A DNA stretch of 64,000 bases from Catajapyx aquilonaris (taxonomy: Eukaryota), in assembly GCA_000934665.2 (NCBI GenBank), contig KZ538499.1, forward strand, positions 1 to 64,000. Reading direction: 5' to 3'. Within the stretch, counting starts at the first letter, position 1; each line of letters begins with the position of its first letter. A model generated the notes under the pieces. It worked only from the letters and a program-made list of their open reading frames with translations, had not been told where the DNA came from and did not search any database. Made by a program: the position numbers and the translations under genes. Below, piece by piece: positions 1 to 13,768 of the stretch.

Positions 1-277
1 GGGAGGGGGCAGCCAGGGGGCTCGAAAAAAGTCTTATAGCACGGCTCTGTCTGTCTGGTATGGGGGAATGTGCCGTCAGGGGTCGGGGATGGTGGGGGAG
101 GGGGCAGCCAGGGGGCTCGAAAAAAGTCTTATAGCACGGCTCTGTCTGTCTGTCTTATACCTGTCCACAGACAGACAGAGCCGTTCTATGATACTTTTTC
201 TTCTTAAAAGTCTAAAACGTGTTTCTGTAACCGCAGGCATTTTTTAAAAAATGAGCGAAGTGAGGTTATTTTTCTAG
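1..277 (+). repeat. Duplicated ~57-bp unit plus hairpin; possible Helitron-type 3' remnant
   Basis: 1-57 recurs at ~96-152. 121-153 (aaaaagtcttatagcacggctctgtctgtctgt) pairs imperfectly with ~167-199. Ends gagcgaagtgagg...CTAG|T at 274-278. Confidence 0.45.
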
Positions 278-562
278 TTAATATTTAAAGGGGCCATTCA
301 CAGCATGGTGTGTGAATGAGCCCATTTTAACTCGAGGTCTTACTACCTTAAATGGCAGCACCTTTTCGATTATGACTTAAGGAGGCAGCTGCCTTGCACA
401 TAAGATTTTCAATGAGCTGTAAAATCCTGGGTGCCCACGCATAAAACTGTAATTCCAACAAAGCTGATTGTTGTTCCCCTTTCGCCTTTAAAAAAAAGTG
501 CGTATATACGTAGAGGAAATAGTACAAATAAATCAAGTGCAGACGGAGCCCCCCCCCCCCCC

Positions 563-651
563 NNNNNNNNNNNNNNNNNNNNNNNNNNNNNNNNNNNNNN
601 NNNNNNNNNNNNNNNNNNNNNNNNNNNNNNNNNNNNNNNNNNNNNNNNNNN
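563..651. other. Assembly gap (89 N)
   Basis: Run of n flanked by poly-C on the left and poly-G on the right. Confidence 0.98.
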
Positions 652-2037
652 NGGGGGGGGGGGGGTGAAAGCGATATAGCTTTAGGCTAACAATATGACA
701 ACCCCCATTAATTTTGTAGGGGGGGGGGAGAAGTCTTCAGATGGACAAGTTGTAAATCAACCTTGACCATATAAGCAAAAAGGGGGACATGACAATAGGG
801 GCGGTGGGTATGGGTACCTTTTGAAGGGTCAAAAAAAAAAAAAAGGTTTGACATGAATCAGGCTTAGGGATTTCTGGTTTACGACTTTTCCCCTCGTTTT
901 CACCATAAAAGCGCGAAATGGACCAACATCTGGCACCAGTCGTTCTCAGTATGGGGAAAAAATTACGGGTATTTATAACAGTATGTCTGGTATGTGTCAA
1001 AAATGACTTTTTAAATACTAGTTGGGCTAGGGTCACGACAAATGTATAAAAATGTGATAAGGTGGGCTTGTCTGGAATGTTTCCCCATCAAAGAACCTCT
1101 TCGTGATGTTGGCGAAATAAGGCAAAGGTCCGACGGAAGCAATTACTTCGAGCACAATGACGGAATTGATGAGAAGGAAGCGTGATTCGACATGGACCGT
1201 CCCCCATCCCCATACACTGGTCTTTTCAACTCCCCATGTTATAATATAACGGAACAGGGAATCCTGCACATAAATTAAATCACTAAAAATATATAGAGAT
1301 TTATCCCAAATTCGATTTGTGCATAAAAGTTGAGAATTCAATCAGTAGATGGCGCATGCTGCTTCAATCCGACGACTGATCTTTCCTACGCGACGGCCAA
1401 CGAACGTTATTGTGGCTTTTCCACGGCGAGATGCACCCCGACTTCTGCCACTTCAGTATTAGAATGTCTTGGAAACTGAGGCAACTGGAGTGGAGCCAAC
1501 AACGCGACGAACGAGGTGGAGAGCTACCTTAATGCGACTACCTTGCGACTACCTCGCCTATTTACCTCGCGCCTACCTCGCTGCCCACCTAGCCGCGACC
1601 TGGCCAAATGACACAACCGCTAGTATGCCGTTGGGTAAGCAGCTAGCTCGCCGCTACCTTTCCAGCGAGGTCATCCTGCGAGCTAGCCGCTAGGTAGCCA
1701 AGATTTTGGTAAGGGGGCAGTGTATCTGGCCGTGGAAATGCCACAATAATGTTCGTTGGCCTACGGCGTCACTCATAGTCCAGCCACTTCGTCGCGTAGT
1801 AAAGTTCTCCCTGCACTACATGACGGAAGTGGCAGGAGTCAGGGTGAAGGGAGGGCCGTGGCAGAGCCACAATAACGTTCGTTGGCCGGCGTCGACTCCC
1901 GCCACTTTGTCGCTTAGTATACAAATCAGCTGTCGGATTGAAGCAGCACACGCCTACTATTGATTTAAATCCCAACTTTATGCTCTTCCGGCACGACATG
2001 ACGTATAGGAATTTTAATAGGTAGTACAAGTCACCGG

Positions 2038-2320
2038 TTGCCAAGATTTGGCAAAAAAAAGGCAGCGGAGAGAGACGCGCGTCAGGCATCATCGAAGCGA
2101 CATCCGACGGTAAAGTGCAGAAGTAGGCGAGTCGCGATCAAGCAGGTGGTGCCCTGAGCGGCGGAACAAGGAATTCCGTGGAACTGGCGTCGCGTTTTTC
2201 TTTTGCGTTTTACAAAATCCCTGGGCACTGTTTCCAAAAAACAAAAGTGGGTTGCAAATCTAGAAAACACGGGCAAAATTTTGACACCACTCCCAATGCT
2301 GTAGGCTCTACGATTCGGGA
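2038..2320 (+). repeat. Dispersed repeat, copy 1 (copy 2 at 32917-33237)
   Basis: Colinear shared blocks: ttgccaa.atttggca, gacatccgacggt, ttccaaaaaacaaaag, actcccaatgctgtaggc. Confidence 0.75.
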
Positions 2321-3036
2321 GGAGTTCAAATAACAGTCGTAGATTAGCAGCTAAAAGTAGCTGCTTAGTAGTGGCATAGTAAAGAGCAGCCAATTTTAGT
2401 GAAAAACTGAAAATTCTGAGAACAAACAATCCAATTTATCTGGATGTCGTCTTGACATGGGGAGACATGAAAATGCTTAAGGACCACCCCGCCATCTCCC
2501 AAAAAAACCTTTCGGGCAATGTTTGAGCCTGAGATTTGCCAGAAGTAAGTGATCGTTTGACACGAGTCCTAACTGCCAGGGCATCAACGACAATATTTAT
2601 GGTCGTATACAAAAGCTGGCCGTATTTCCTACGGGTAATGGGGCTATAACGAGCGACGACGCCTTCAGACCACATGGGCTTCACAACCCCCCCCCCCCCC
2701 TTGCACCTTCAAAATAAATACAAAATCTTTGGTGGCCCCACTTTTTTTTTGACCCCGCCGTTTTTCTCAAAAAGGGGCATTTACACTTGAAGAATAAGGA
2801 AGAAAAAAAAACATGTCTTAAATAAGGGGAGTCTAGAACCAGGCTGGTTGGCTAGCATGTAATTAAGGAGGTCTTGGGCTATGTTTCTGTCATGAGACTT
2901 TGAAGGGAATAAGTAGACGGCAGAGGGGGAAAAAAGTACGGGGAAAAAAATGTACAGGGTGTTTCGTAATGAGCCCGAAAAAATCACAGAAGAAGACATT
3001 CGGTCTCAAAGAAAAAAAGTTTATTACATGCAATAA

Positions 3037-3309
3037 CTAGCAGTGGACCCGTTCTTCGCACGGAGATTGATAAATGACTAAAAGCGCCAACGGTGGTGAG
3101 CAGATGTAACACCAAACTTCGTTTTTAAAAATCCTAATTTTTGAGTACGGTATTTAAACTCAAAAAAAGTGCAGGTTTCGAACTTTTCCCGGAATCAGCG
3201 GCATGTAAGACATCAGTGTGCCAAGTTTCAGCACTCTCAGTAGTCCTAAAGTGGGTTACGTAGCCCGGACAAACACATGTCCAAACTTTCACGTTTATAT
3301 GTATAGAGA
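3037..3309 (-). mobile_element. Non-autonomous Helitron
   Basis: On the minus strand: A|TC start (tctctatacatataaa), subterminal hairpin ccgtgcgaagaacgg, end CTAG|T. The 3' end matches the copy at 53624-53719. Confidence 0.7.
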
Positions 3310-3540
3310 TTGCAATGATACCAATATATTGTCTGGAGTGATTTACAAATTTTTCGAACTAAGCTGCTTATCTTATGCAGGTCTATGCCTCTGTTTGTCC
3401 GCGGCGAGTCATCAACATGCAGATAAGCGCCATCTATGCGAGACATTTGGTACTACCTCACAGTCGGTGTGCCAGGGTAGTGTTGCCAAATTTTGACAAG
3501 TTCATTCTCGTCATCAGTAATTTGCGGTTGAAACATTTAA

Positions 3541-3740
3541 AAAAATTTCATACATTATTTTTCATTCAAATTTTCATGCATTATTTTTCATTCAAATTTT
3601 CATACATTATTTTTCATACAAATTTTCATACATTATTTTTCATTCAAATTTTCATGCATTATTTTTCATTCAAATTTTCATGCATTATTTTTCACATTAT
3701 TTTCATATATTTTTCATACATTATTTTCACTATTATTTTT
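3541..3740. repeat. AT-rich minisatellite (~26-nt unit)
   Basis: Repeated ttcat(a/g)cattatttttcattcaaatt. Confidence 0.85.
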
Positions 3741-6005
3741 CAACCGAAAAGGTTACATTCGGTCACATTTTTTTGTTTGTGAATTTTGAGTCCGATGTGT
3801 GCAAAAGTGCATACAAAAGTCAACAAGCCGCAGTTCATGCCCGCAATTTTGTAAACACATGTTAATTATTTACGAAATTTCCTAGAACCGACTGTAAATC
3901 ACGGTTGAAATAATACCTTTTTTTTCTCTCTCTCTCCTGACTTGTGTTGTATATAGTGTATGACTCTACCCAATATATACTTTTCTATTGAATATCATCA
4001 ACATATTATGAATGTGTTTCGAGCCAAATTTGCATACAGGTACTATACATTATCCACTCTTCACATGTCAATTCGTCACGATTCAAAGTTCTTGTGCTGT
4101 GAGAGACTAAATAAGATGTTGGCATCAGAAGCCTTTTTCAAGACCACCCCCAAGGCGATGATTTGTGTACAGGTAGGTACAACCCATGAAAGCCTTTAAA
4201 AGCTGGCAAAACATGTCACGCCACATACTAGCCATAAATCCACCGAATCCATCAATCGTGATATGCAACACCCCATGATAATATGACCTGCATGCAAAAT
4301 ACTAATGTCCTTCATACATTTTTTTTTGTGGAGGGGGGGGGGGGGTACCAACTGTCCAGATTTGCTAAAAAGGTTCGTCCCAGATTTTTCAGACTAATTG
4401 GGTATAAACAAACCCAGTGCAATGTTTATTTAACTTGTGTCTCTCTCAGCTTCTACAGCTTCCCCTTCTTTTTAGTGCTGACCTATGTGTCGCTTGCCAT
4501 ATTTTATATTCTGAATATGGTTGGTTCTTACTACTGATTCGATTGCCCCTATTGGCTAGCAAGTAGGTCCTTTTTATGGATGAAACGCAAGGGAAATGGT
4601 CAGGAAACCCACCAGAATATACAATGTGTTACCCACTAAAACCGGAGCTATATAGTAAAACCTACAGAATAAAAAAGTGAGCAGATGAATAATGGATTTG
4701 CCTACTTTTTTTTTTCGGGGGGGATTCTCTGGCAACATGGGCCAAAGGGATGAGTCTGGTTGCCATAAATCTGCGGGGTCTGGATCAGCAATTGGCAACT
4801 GTTTGGCGGCCACTGGTAAACGCATGAGTCCCAAGAGGAACGTAAATATATAAGGGGAGTGTCACACAAGCAAACGCCTTCACAATGAGTACTATAGTTG
4901 GGGAGGAGGGGGGGGGGGTGTTATCTTGTCTAGGTTTCATATTGAAAATTTTCTGGACGTCCCCAATATTGCTAGTTTCATGGGACACTTTGGTTCGGGA
5001 AATTGCTCCCAATATTAAACTGACCAAACGACAAATTCGACCCCAAAATTACCAGTGTTAAAACCGTGGTTCTTAAGGATCGGGGTAGCCCCCCCATATT
5101 TTTCCTTTAATTTGGCGACGCTAAAACTAGTTATTGCTAGGACCTCAAAAAAATATTGCGGACAGTGAACATGTGATNGTATTGTTATTATTTTACATGG
5201 GCTATTCTTCTTCCGCATAATGAGACTTCAATAGACTATATTGGACCAGGCAGCCGCACCCTCCCAAACATAACACGATTTTTACAGCAGCTTGGCCATG
5301 TGATTATTATAATTAATGCATTGTTATGGATGTATGTACTGGGGTTGGTTACATTTTCAGTGTTGCGCAGTTTATTTTTTATTTTTTTTTTCGGACAGAG
5401 AGAGGGAAAGGTATAGCGCACCTGTTGCAACCCAGCTCCGGACTTTCAAAAAAACCCAGGCCTTATACGGGCCTGCACTCAATTACACGATTCATCAACG
5501 TTGAAATGACTGGCATCCATCATCATTCAGCCGAAATGAATATTACTGACGTGGAGGCTTCCCCTACGATGATATAAAGGTTGCCCCCGAAGAGAGGACG
5601 GGGCTAATTGAAAAGTAATTGCTGAGTGTGCTGTGGCCATCAAGTCGCAAAGTAAAAAAGAGCTTAATCCTGGATTTAACCTTTTAGCATAATAGGATTT
5701 GACCCCACAGCAATTAAACGTTGTAATTATTTTGTGACATAAACTTAGCATTTTTTCCAGTACAAAAATACCCCCAATTTGAATCGCAATTTTGGTTTAA
5801 ATATTCCTGCCCATACCGTCAGAAAATTATTATTACAAATATGTGTAAATTTATTTTAAAATATTAATTCGTGAAATATTATAATGCGTATGTTTGTCTA
5901 TGTGTACGAAAAAAATGTATCAAAATTTGCACAAATAATCCTGCATATGCAGGTTGTATATATAATGTCTGAAAAATGGACAATGCATAATTGCATAATT
6001 ATTCG

Positions 6006-6150
6006 TTTATTAGTATGTATTAATTTATTAGTATGTATTAATTTATTAGTATTTATTAATATATTAGTATTTATTAATTTATTAGTATTTATTAATTTAT
6101 TAGTATTTATTAATTTATTAGTATGTATTAATTTATTAGTATTTATTTAG
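6006..6150. repeat. 18-nt minisatellite
   Basis: Repeated ttattagtat(t/g)tattaat, about 8 copies. Confidence 0.9.
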
Positions 6151-7469
6151 CTACTTATTTGAAGTTATTTGAAGTAACCATGAACTGCGTGCATATAGGC
6201 GCATGTAATAATATTGTGAATATATATACATTATTTATTTATTAGTATTCATTTAGTTATTTATTACCTCTTAGGATTCTTGGGGGTAAATTTAACAAAA
6301 TATGAACCGAATTTGCCTGATATTTCTGAACCCCAAATATTTCATGATAATATTATACTAATGATAGTGACGTGGGGGTCAAAACCACTTCATACTCAAA
6401 TATCAATTGATAAAAAAAAACCCTAACTGGGCGTGACATGCAAATGACATGAAGCTGCAGCCAGGGCGGAGTCAACTGAGCAAAGTTGACAGACACCCAA
6501 AGATTGACAAGGTGAAAGTCAATAACAATAAGGAGAAGAACCCGTATAGGACGCACCCTAAACAGATCCAACCATAAAACAACCATTGTTGACGTCGGCC
6601 ATTTTTGGCTGCGATTTTCCGAACGAAAAACTGAAAGATCTGCGGAATATTATATTTTTGTGGGGGGATAGGAGAACATGGGAGGTCGTTTCCACTACTC
6701 TCACAGATTGCGACTTCCCCAATCTCCACAAAAAAAAAAAAAAAATATTTTGGGTGAAGGTTTACCTTCCATAAATCCTGTGGTTATAGCTAGGGTGAAA
6801 GCACAATAAGAGAAAGCTCAATAAGACCGAGTTAGGAGAGAGCAAAGTTGCTGTGCTGGAGGGGGGGAAGGTTATAACGAATTTACTTCCTTTTTGTTTG
6901 GAAGGGGGGGGTAATGTCAAGCCCCCCTCTAAGTTCTGTATATAACCCACCAAAATTTCGGGTGTGATTAAGTGTCCCATTACTCATGTTTCGATTCCCC
7001 GGGTGTGAATGACCCTTCTTTCCAGTTATACCATATTTTACCCCAGCGACCCTGGCAACAAACAAAACTTTTTTTTATATATATTTTATCGGAGGTCTTT
7101 GTCACCTTTTTAGTATATACCAGGGGGGTGTGTGTGGCCAGGGTTTTTGGTCCCTGATATAACACGTGCGAATTTCCTTTCCGTCTCTGGCCGTTTTAGC
7201 CAGTTGGTAATCGGTCCGTCCCTTTTACGGCCTCTTTTGTCGTTGGATGACCCCTAGAGAAGTAAAGGGAAAAAGGGAGGGACAACTTATGGGGACGGTT
7301 TTTCGGAGGTGACCAAAAAAAAAGTGCCAAAATTTCAAAGTGAAACAGGTCGTTTTTTGGGGGTAATGTCACGGTGTGTAACGGCCACGCGAACGATTAG
7401 GTCTGCGTTACGACTGCACTTTGTCCATTCTCTCCGAACCCAACAGTGGTTATTTTTCTATTCATTTTT

Positions 7470-8400
7470 TCGTTAATTTATTTGTCAATTTATTTATGTG
7501 TTCGCCAATTTATTTTTCATCAATATTTTCAGTTCGTCAATATTCTTTATTATCAATTTTATTGGTTCGTTAATTTGTCAATTTATTTATTCGTCTAATT
7601 TTCTTGTCAATTTATTCATGTGTTCGCCAATTTATTTTTCATCAATATTATCTGTTCGTCAATATTGTTTATTATCAACTCATTTATTTGCGAATTTATT
7701 TATTTGTCTATTTTATTAATTCGTTAATTTATGCTCTTGTCAATTTATTTATTCGTTCGTCGATTTGTTTGGCGAATAAATTGACAAATAAATTGATAAT
7801 AAACAATATTTACGAACAGATAAATAAATTGATAATAAACAATATATACGAACAGATAAATAAATTGATAATAAACAATATTTACGAACAGATAAATAAA
7901 TTGACAAATAAATTGATAATAAACAATATTTACGAACAGATAAATAAATTGACAAATAAATTGATAATAAACAATATTTACGAACAGATAAATAAATTGA
8001 CAAATTGATCATCATCATCATTCATCATTTACTTCACGGCAAAATAATCCCATAGAGGGGTAGCCAGCGGAGTACAGGTTGCCCCTGTCCCCCTCGTATG
8101 ACCTACAAAATGACACTCTGGTGGATGGTCAGGCCACGCAGAGGTTAATGAAAGGGATTAATTGATAATAAACAATATTGACGAACAGATAAATTTACGA
8201 ACAAATTAATAAATTGACAAGAAAATAAATTATTTAATTTGTTAATTGACCTATTCTTCTATACTATTAATTTGTCGATTGATTTGTCGTCAATTTATTC
8301 AATCGTCGTAGTTATTTCATCGCCCATATTAATTAATTTGTCGATTTATTTACCTGTCAGTTCATTTGACACTTTATTTGTTCGTCAGTATTTATTTATT
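7470..8400. repeat. Minisatellite with internal orientation switches
   Basis: Unit aataaattgacaaataaattgataataaacaatatttacgaacagata at ~7775-8230, and its reverse complement at ~7470-7770 and ~8240-8400. Confidence 0.85.
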
Positions 8401-9159
8401 CGTCAGATAAAGTCAGGTGCGCGGCGTCTGATTGGGCTAAATTTTCTTGTCAGCTTCCGTTCTCTTATAATTTACGAGCACAACTTAATTAGGCACAATA
8501 TGGCCGCGGGCTTCCTTCGAAAAAACTTACCCCCCCCCCCCAACTTTTTTGAGGCTATTTAGGACACCCCCCTATACCGTCTGGCTCCTAAAAAATTACA
8601 CGTCAATTTTTTTTTTGTTACCTGAAAATCACGTGGCTTGTGGCCCCGATACATTTCTTTTTTCATTTTATTTTTTTTATTTTGAACGTGATGACGTGTG
8701 GGGGGGAGTTTCGAAAATTACAAGCCAGAGGTTTATAGTTCGCAACAACCGAATTTTCCCGCCCAGAAAAAGAGCGAGGGTTTAAATATAGGCCGGGTCC
8801 TGCTAAATTCCGAGCCTTGACTGCCAGGCCATACCACTATTCTTATCAACACCACCACAGGTAAGTCACGCACAAGTCTTTTAGCCTCACCTTTGGCCCA
8901 CCCCTCCCCCTCACCACCACCACTCCACCACCACCCCCACACCTCATCCAAAAATATACAACCGGTCAGTCTGGACACGTCTTGGTCATCCAGACAAAAA
9001 TGTTGCAACGGAAGTGTGGACGGAAGTTACAGTTAAAACCAACCAAAAATTGGGAATGCATCAGTTAGCATGACTCCAATAAAATTATATATAACTAGAT
9101 AATAATAGTTAATTTGTTAATGAAAATTTGTAGATATTTATCGATTAAATAATATAACC

Positions 9160-9780
9160 AACAGTCTATGACATGAATTAAACTAATAGTGGAAATTACA
9201 CGAATTAAACTAATAGTGGAAATTACATGAATTAAACTAATAGCGGAAATTATGTGACTAATAGGGGAAAGTACACGAATTAAAATTAGTGCAAATTAAA
9301 TATAGAGAAGTAGCTATTAAAATATTTACTCGAGCTATTATTTTAATCTCTACTTCTCTATATTAAATTTGCACTGTGAGCTATTATTTGTTGAACAAAT
9401 AATAGCTCCAGTAAATAATAACAATGGTTCATGAATAAATAATAACAATATCAATTACACAAATATACATAAATTAAAAATAACACTCGAAACAAATGTT
9501 TGATGTATAATTTTGCTTTTATTTTTGTATTCGTCTTGCTAATTTAATTTTCATTTTTAAAAATATGATAAAATAATACAAAATAAAAATAAGACGAATA
9601 CGAATATAAAAACAAAATTAATAGAAACATTTTGTTCCGGGTGTTATATTTAAATTGACTGACATCTATAATAATTGCTATTATTTCTTATTATTTACTT
9701 GAGCTACTATTTCAATCTGTACTTCTCTTTATTTGATTTGCATTATTTTAACTAACGTAATTTCCGCTAGTTCCGTATTT
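9160..9780. repeat. AT-rich island with nested inverted repeats
   Basis: Hairpins at ~9288-9376 (agtgcaaatt..agagaagtag / ctacttctct..aatttgcact) and ~9480-9647. Outer pair tagcggaaatta (~9241) / taatttccgcta (~9758). Confidence 0.7.
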
Positions 9781-10182
9781 GCAACATTGTAATTATAATA
9801 AATCATATAAAATTCGTAACAAAACCATTTAAAAATACACGATAAAATCATATACAAGTACACGATAAAATTATACAAAATACATGATAAAAGCATATAT
9901 TAATGTTAATAATCCAACATTTTAAATAATCACCAATAATAATAATAATTCAAAGTGCAGAAAATGTTTATTCATAAATAATGTGCAGCAACTCGCTTCG
10001 TTGATTCTATACGAATAATTTCCGCCCACTTCCGGCTGCAATCTTACATGATCCTTTACAGTAACCAATAAATAAGGATAAACATTCGCGAACTAATTTA
10101 TTCGCTATTGTTTGGCCTAAAACTGTTGAAACTAAAATCATCCAACCCATCAGTGACACCATAAATATTGTTGTTTACTCAC

Positions 10183-10256
10183 CACCAGTTGGCGTCGTTG
10201 ATCACCACTTGAGTCGAGATCAAGATGATTGTCCACCACATTGTTGTCGTCTCCAT
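10183..10256 (-). CDS. wnt5: Probable first coding exon (signal peptide) of a Wnt ligand, Wnt5-like; rest of gene not found in window
   Basis: METTTMWWTIILISTQVVINDANW(W) followed by a TG|GTGAGT donor in phase 2. The end resembles recalled human WNT5A QVVIEANSWW, and Wnt genes typically have an intron in this W codon. Only 24 codons are visible, so the subfamily is tentative. Confidence 0.55.
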
Positions 10257-12464
10257 AATCTTTTAGAAACTACTTCTCTTATTGTTAAAGTCGTTCTTAA
10301 ATGTCCGTTTTCACTGCAGAATCCGGAATCCGGGCGTCCAGCTCAAGTTCCATGGCTCTGTCTGCGCCTTTTCATTGGCTCGCCGATCATGCTCGCAAAA
10401 ATATTGTACTTCAAAAAAAAAAAAAAAAAAAAAAAGTTTCTTCTTCCTCAAGGGTGTGGGGCAAAGGTTGTTGGGTGGGTGGGGCCAAGAGTCAGTCTCA
10501 TTCATTCATTCATTGAAGAGACTTGTCGGATTTATCTCATGGCTTGAAGTGCAGACGCGTGTTTCGGATTATATTGTTTAGGAGAATGAATGTGGTGTAA
10601 CGTAACAGACAACAAAAGGAAGCCAGTGGAGATGTGGGGGGGTTGTTCACCAGTTGCACTGGTTGTCTCTCAACAGGTAGTTACCACCGGATGTCCCTGA
10701 AAAAATACCAGGGCGAGGAATGTCCAAAACATATTTAATTAACTGGGGACTCATTAGCAATATAACATGACAATTGAAACAATTTTAAGTGGTTGGCAAT
10801 TTTGGTAGTAAGCTGCTTGATTTTTAAGCAGTTAATGTTGTGCAAAGTGGTTATCAGAAGTAGCTGTTAATTTTAAGCCCAATTGCAGCTATGAATTGCA
10901 ACGATTGGGGTCAAACGTGAATAATAAATAAAACGGAAATAAATAATGGCATAATTAGAATATACGAGCAGATAACAAATAAACCAAGCTAAATAACAAT
11001 AAAAAGTAAATACACGAATATTTAAATATAACATGTAAATTAGAAATAAAATGTGCACATAAATATACACACTATCTCAAAATTAATGGAACCAAAAATG
11101 TGCAAATAACTAAAAATAAAATAAGCAAATATAAAAATTAATAGTAGGCCTATATTACTTATTTACGTATTAGTAATGTAATTTTTTTTGCATGCCACAT
11201 TCTTTTTGCGGGCTTTTAAAATAGGCGGTTTCATCCGACCTAATATTAGCTGGTAATATTTCTGATAACCACTAACAGTAACTGATAAAATAAATTATTA
11301 AATAATGACACAACCGGATCTTAGCTCATTATTGCTCAATTTCACCAACTGATTTGGACTGATAAAGTGCTGCTCCGTTTTTCCGACCTTATTAACGGCC
11401 AGTTAAAATTAACGACAGATTAGAGCAGGTTGCACCAACACAAATTAAAACTTGAACATCTGAGGTACAGGCGCGCAGATTTTGTTTTTTTTCGTAAAGA
11501 GTTGACTACAACCATAGTTAACCACGGTTATATCTGTAACGTAGCCGGATAAAAGGTCACAAATTTCTCCAACATTACGAGCTAACCGCAGTTTAACCCA
11601 AAGTAAGGCAAACCTTCGATTATATCCATGCGGTTGTACGAACATGACTTATTACCAAAGTAATGTACATAAAACCGGTTAAACTAAGTTAAAATTTAAC
11701 TAACTTGACAATATTAACCAGGAACTGCCTAACGGTCCGTTAACATTTTGACCCAATTTGACAAATATTGGCCAACTTTCTGTAGCCAAGTGATATGACC
11801 TTTCGCACCAGCAACCACACCTTTTTAACTGTTCAAAAAAACAATGACAATGCCTTACCCTGTGGTGCGACCACCTCTGAGGACCTCTGGGCGAAGAATG
11901 GTCCACACCTGGAAGCACAGCAGACCAGTCGGCGGCTTGGGCCCAACTGTCGATGGCACACACACCACAAGCCTCTTTTAGCCAACCAGAAACCAGGAGG
12001 GGGAAAGAGGGGGACATGGAGGGTAGAGGGGGGGAGACAAGGGTGGGCAGCAGGGTATGAGTGTGCGGGGTTATACCCGGAGCATATCCCATATCATCTT
12101 CATCATTATCATCAACTAACTAAGAGAGGGGAAGCCATCAGCTGTGTTTGCTTATCCCCCCACTGCCTCAGGTACTATGCACAAGTATACATTTCAAACC
12201 CCCCTCCCTATATATCCTACCCTTCAAGGTTTGCTAACCATAACTTTTAATAGCCAGATCGATTGGGGATGCAAAATTTTAATTAATAAGATCGACGGTC
12301 AGGGTGTTGGATTACCACAGGTTTCCGTTTTCTACATGTTAAATGGGACGTGTCCAATGTGCCACCGCACCTGTTCCAACACTAATTAAGGCTCTATTTA
12401 CTGCTTACAGACTATTCAAATTAGTGGCTAGCACTAATAAGCAGCTACTTTTTGCAAGGTGGTC

Positions 12465-12810
12465 TAATTGTACGGTGTTATGCAATAATGTGTCAACCCA
12501 CAAAAAATGTCGAGGATAGTACTACTTCATTCAGTTAAAATCAAGGTGTCGAAATCTGCATACTTCTGCCCACTAATGAAATATGCAGATATCACAAAAT
12601 GGTGTGCGTGGACGTTGTTATGCAATAATGTGTCAACCCACATTGAGTTAATCCCAGGAACACTCTGGCGAAAATATGCATGCCTCTGCTATAAATGACC
12701 CCCAAATGACAGTGAATTAATTTGACAGGTATGACCTTCAAAAGCCCATTTTTTCTCTCAAAACTAGTCTCGTGTGGGTTGACGCATTATTGCATAACAC
12801 CGTCCAATTA
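12465..12810. mobile_element. MITE with ~35-bp TIRs (second copy 39255-39459)
   Basis: aattgtacggtgttatgcaataatgtgtcaacccac ... gtgggttgacgcattattgcataacaccgtccaatt, plus an extra internal TIR at ~12609-12641. Confidence 0.8.
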
Positions 12811-12859
12811 GTGGTCAATTGAAGTAAGCAGCTATACACTGGGTATACGTATGTTTAGT

Positions 12860-13620
12860 GATGATTATTTTTTTTCAATCTAAGCTGGATATTTCAAGCA
12901 GCCACTTTTTCGTGTGATTAACGATTCATTGTTGATGATTATTTATTTATTTATTAGTGGCTATTTTAAAACAAGCTGCTTATTTCAAACAGATCCGACT
13001 GGCTATACGGTACGTACCGTACTGCTTTAAACAGTTGCTTGTTTTAGTGATTTTGGAACTAAGTTTCTTTTTGTAAACAGTTACTTTTTGCTTAGTGGTT
13101 AAAGCAGCTACTTTTGATTAGTGGTTATATTAAATAAGCTGCTTATTTTAAACAGCTCCTATACTAGATGTTCCGATTAGCTTGCTTTCAACAGCTGCTT
13201 TTGTTCAGTGGCGATTTTTGGAACTAAGCTGCTTATTTAAGCGGTTACTTTTGCTTAGTGGTTATTAGATAAAGCTGCTTATTTAAAACAGCTCCTCTAC
13301 TAGATGTTCCGATTAGCTTGGTTTAAAAAGCTGCTTTTGTTTCAGTGGCGATTTTGGAACTAAGCTGCTTATTGTAAGCAAGTTACGCTTAGTGGTTATA
13401 TTAAATAAGCTGCTTATTTTAAACAGCTCTTCTGCTAGATGTTCCGATTAGCTTGCTTTCAACAGCTGCTTTTGGAACTAAGCTGCTTATTGTAAGCAGT
13501 TACTTTTGCGTTTTACCGTGGTATCTTAGTGGCGATTTTAAGCAGCTGCTTTTTCCTAGTGGCGATTTTTGAAACTCAGCTGCTTATTTTTACTTTTTAA
13601 ATAGTTACATTTAGTGGTTA
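12860..13620. repeat. Tandem repeat, ~136-nt period
   Basis: tagatgttccgattagcttg at 13165, 13301 and 13436; built from aagctgctt/aagcagct submotifs. Confidence 0.85.
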
Positions 13621-13768
13621 TGAGCAGGTTATGAGCCTGTGCCTCTGTCCAGGGCTGCGCGGTATGCTCCGCAGATTCGCCCGACAATACCGCCGGCCTG
13701 GGTCCTCACTGAGCGCCTGCAGCCCCAAATGCGCTGTGGCGGAGACTCTCTAAGTACAGTGGTGGAAA

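Noticed and set aside
1033..1341. 102-aa minus-strand ORF as the next Wnt exon
   Set aside because: No Wnt cysteine pattern in the frames I read.
6449..6577. 42-aa basic ORF MKLQPGRSQ...
   Set aside because: No recognisable motif, splice context or codon bias.
7498..8021. Repetitive ORFs such as (INNIYEQINKL)n; similar ones at 5884, 36727, 45272 and 46329
   Set aside because: Translations of minisatellites whose units lack stops; no coding bias or splice context.
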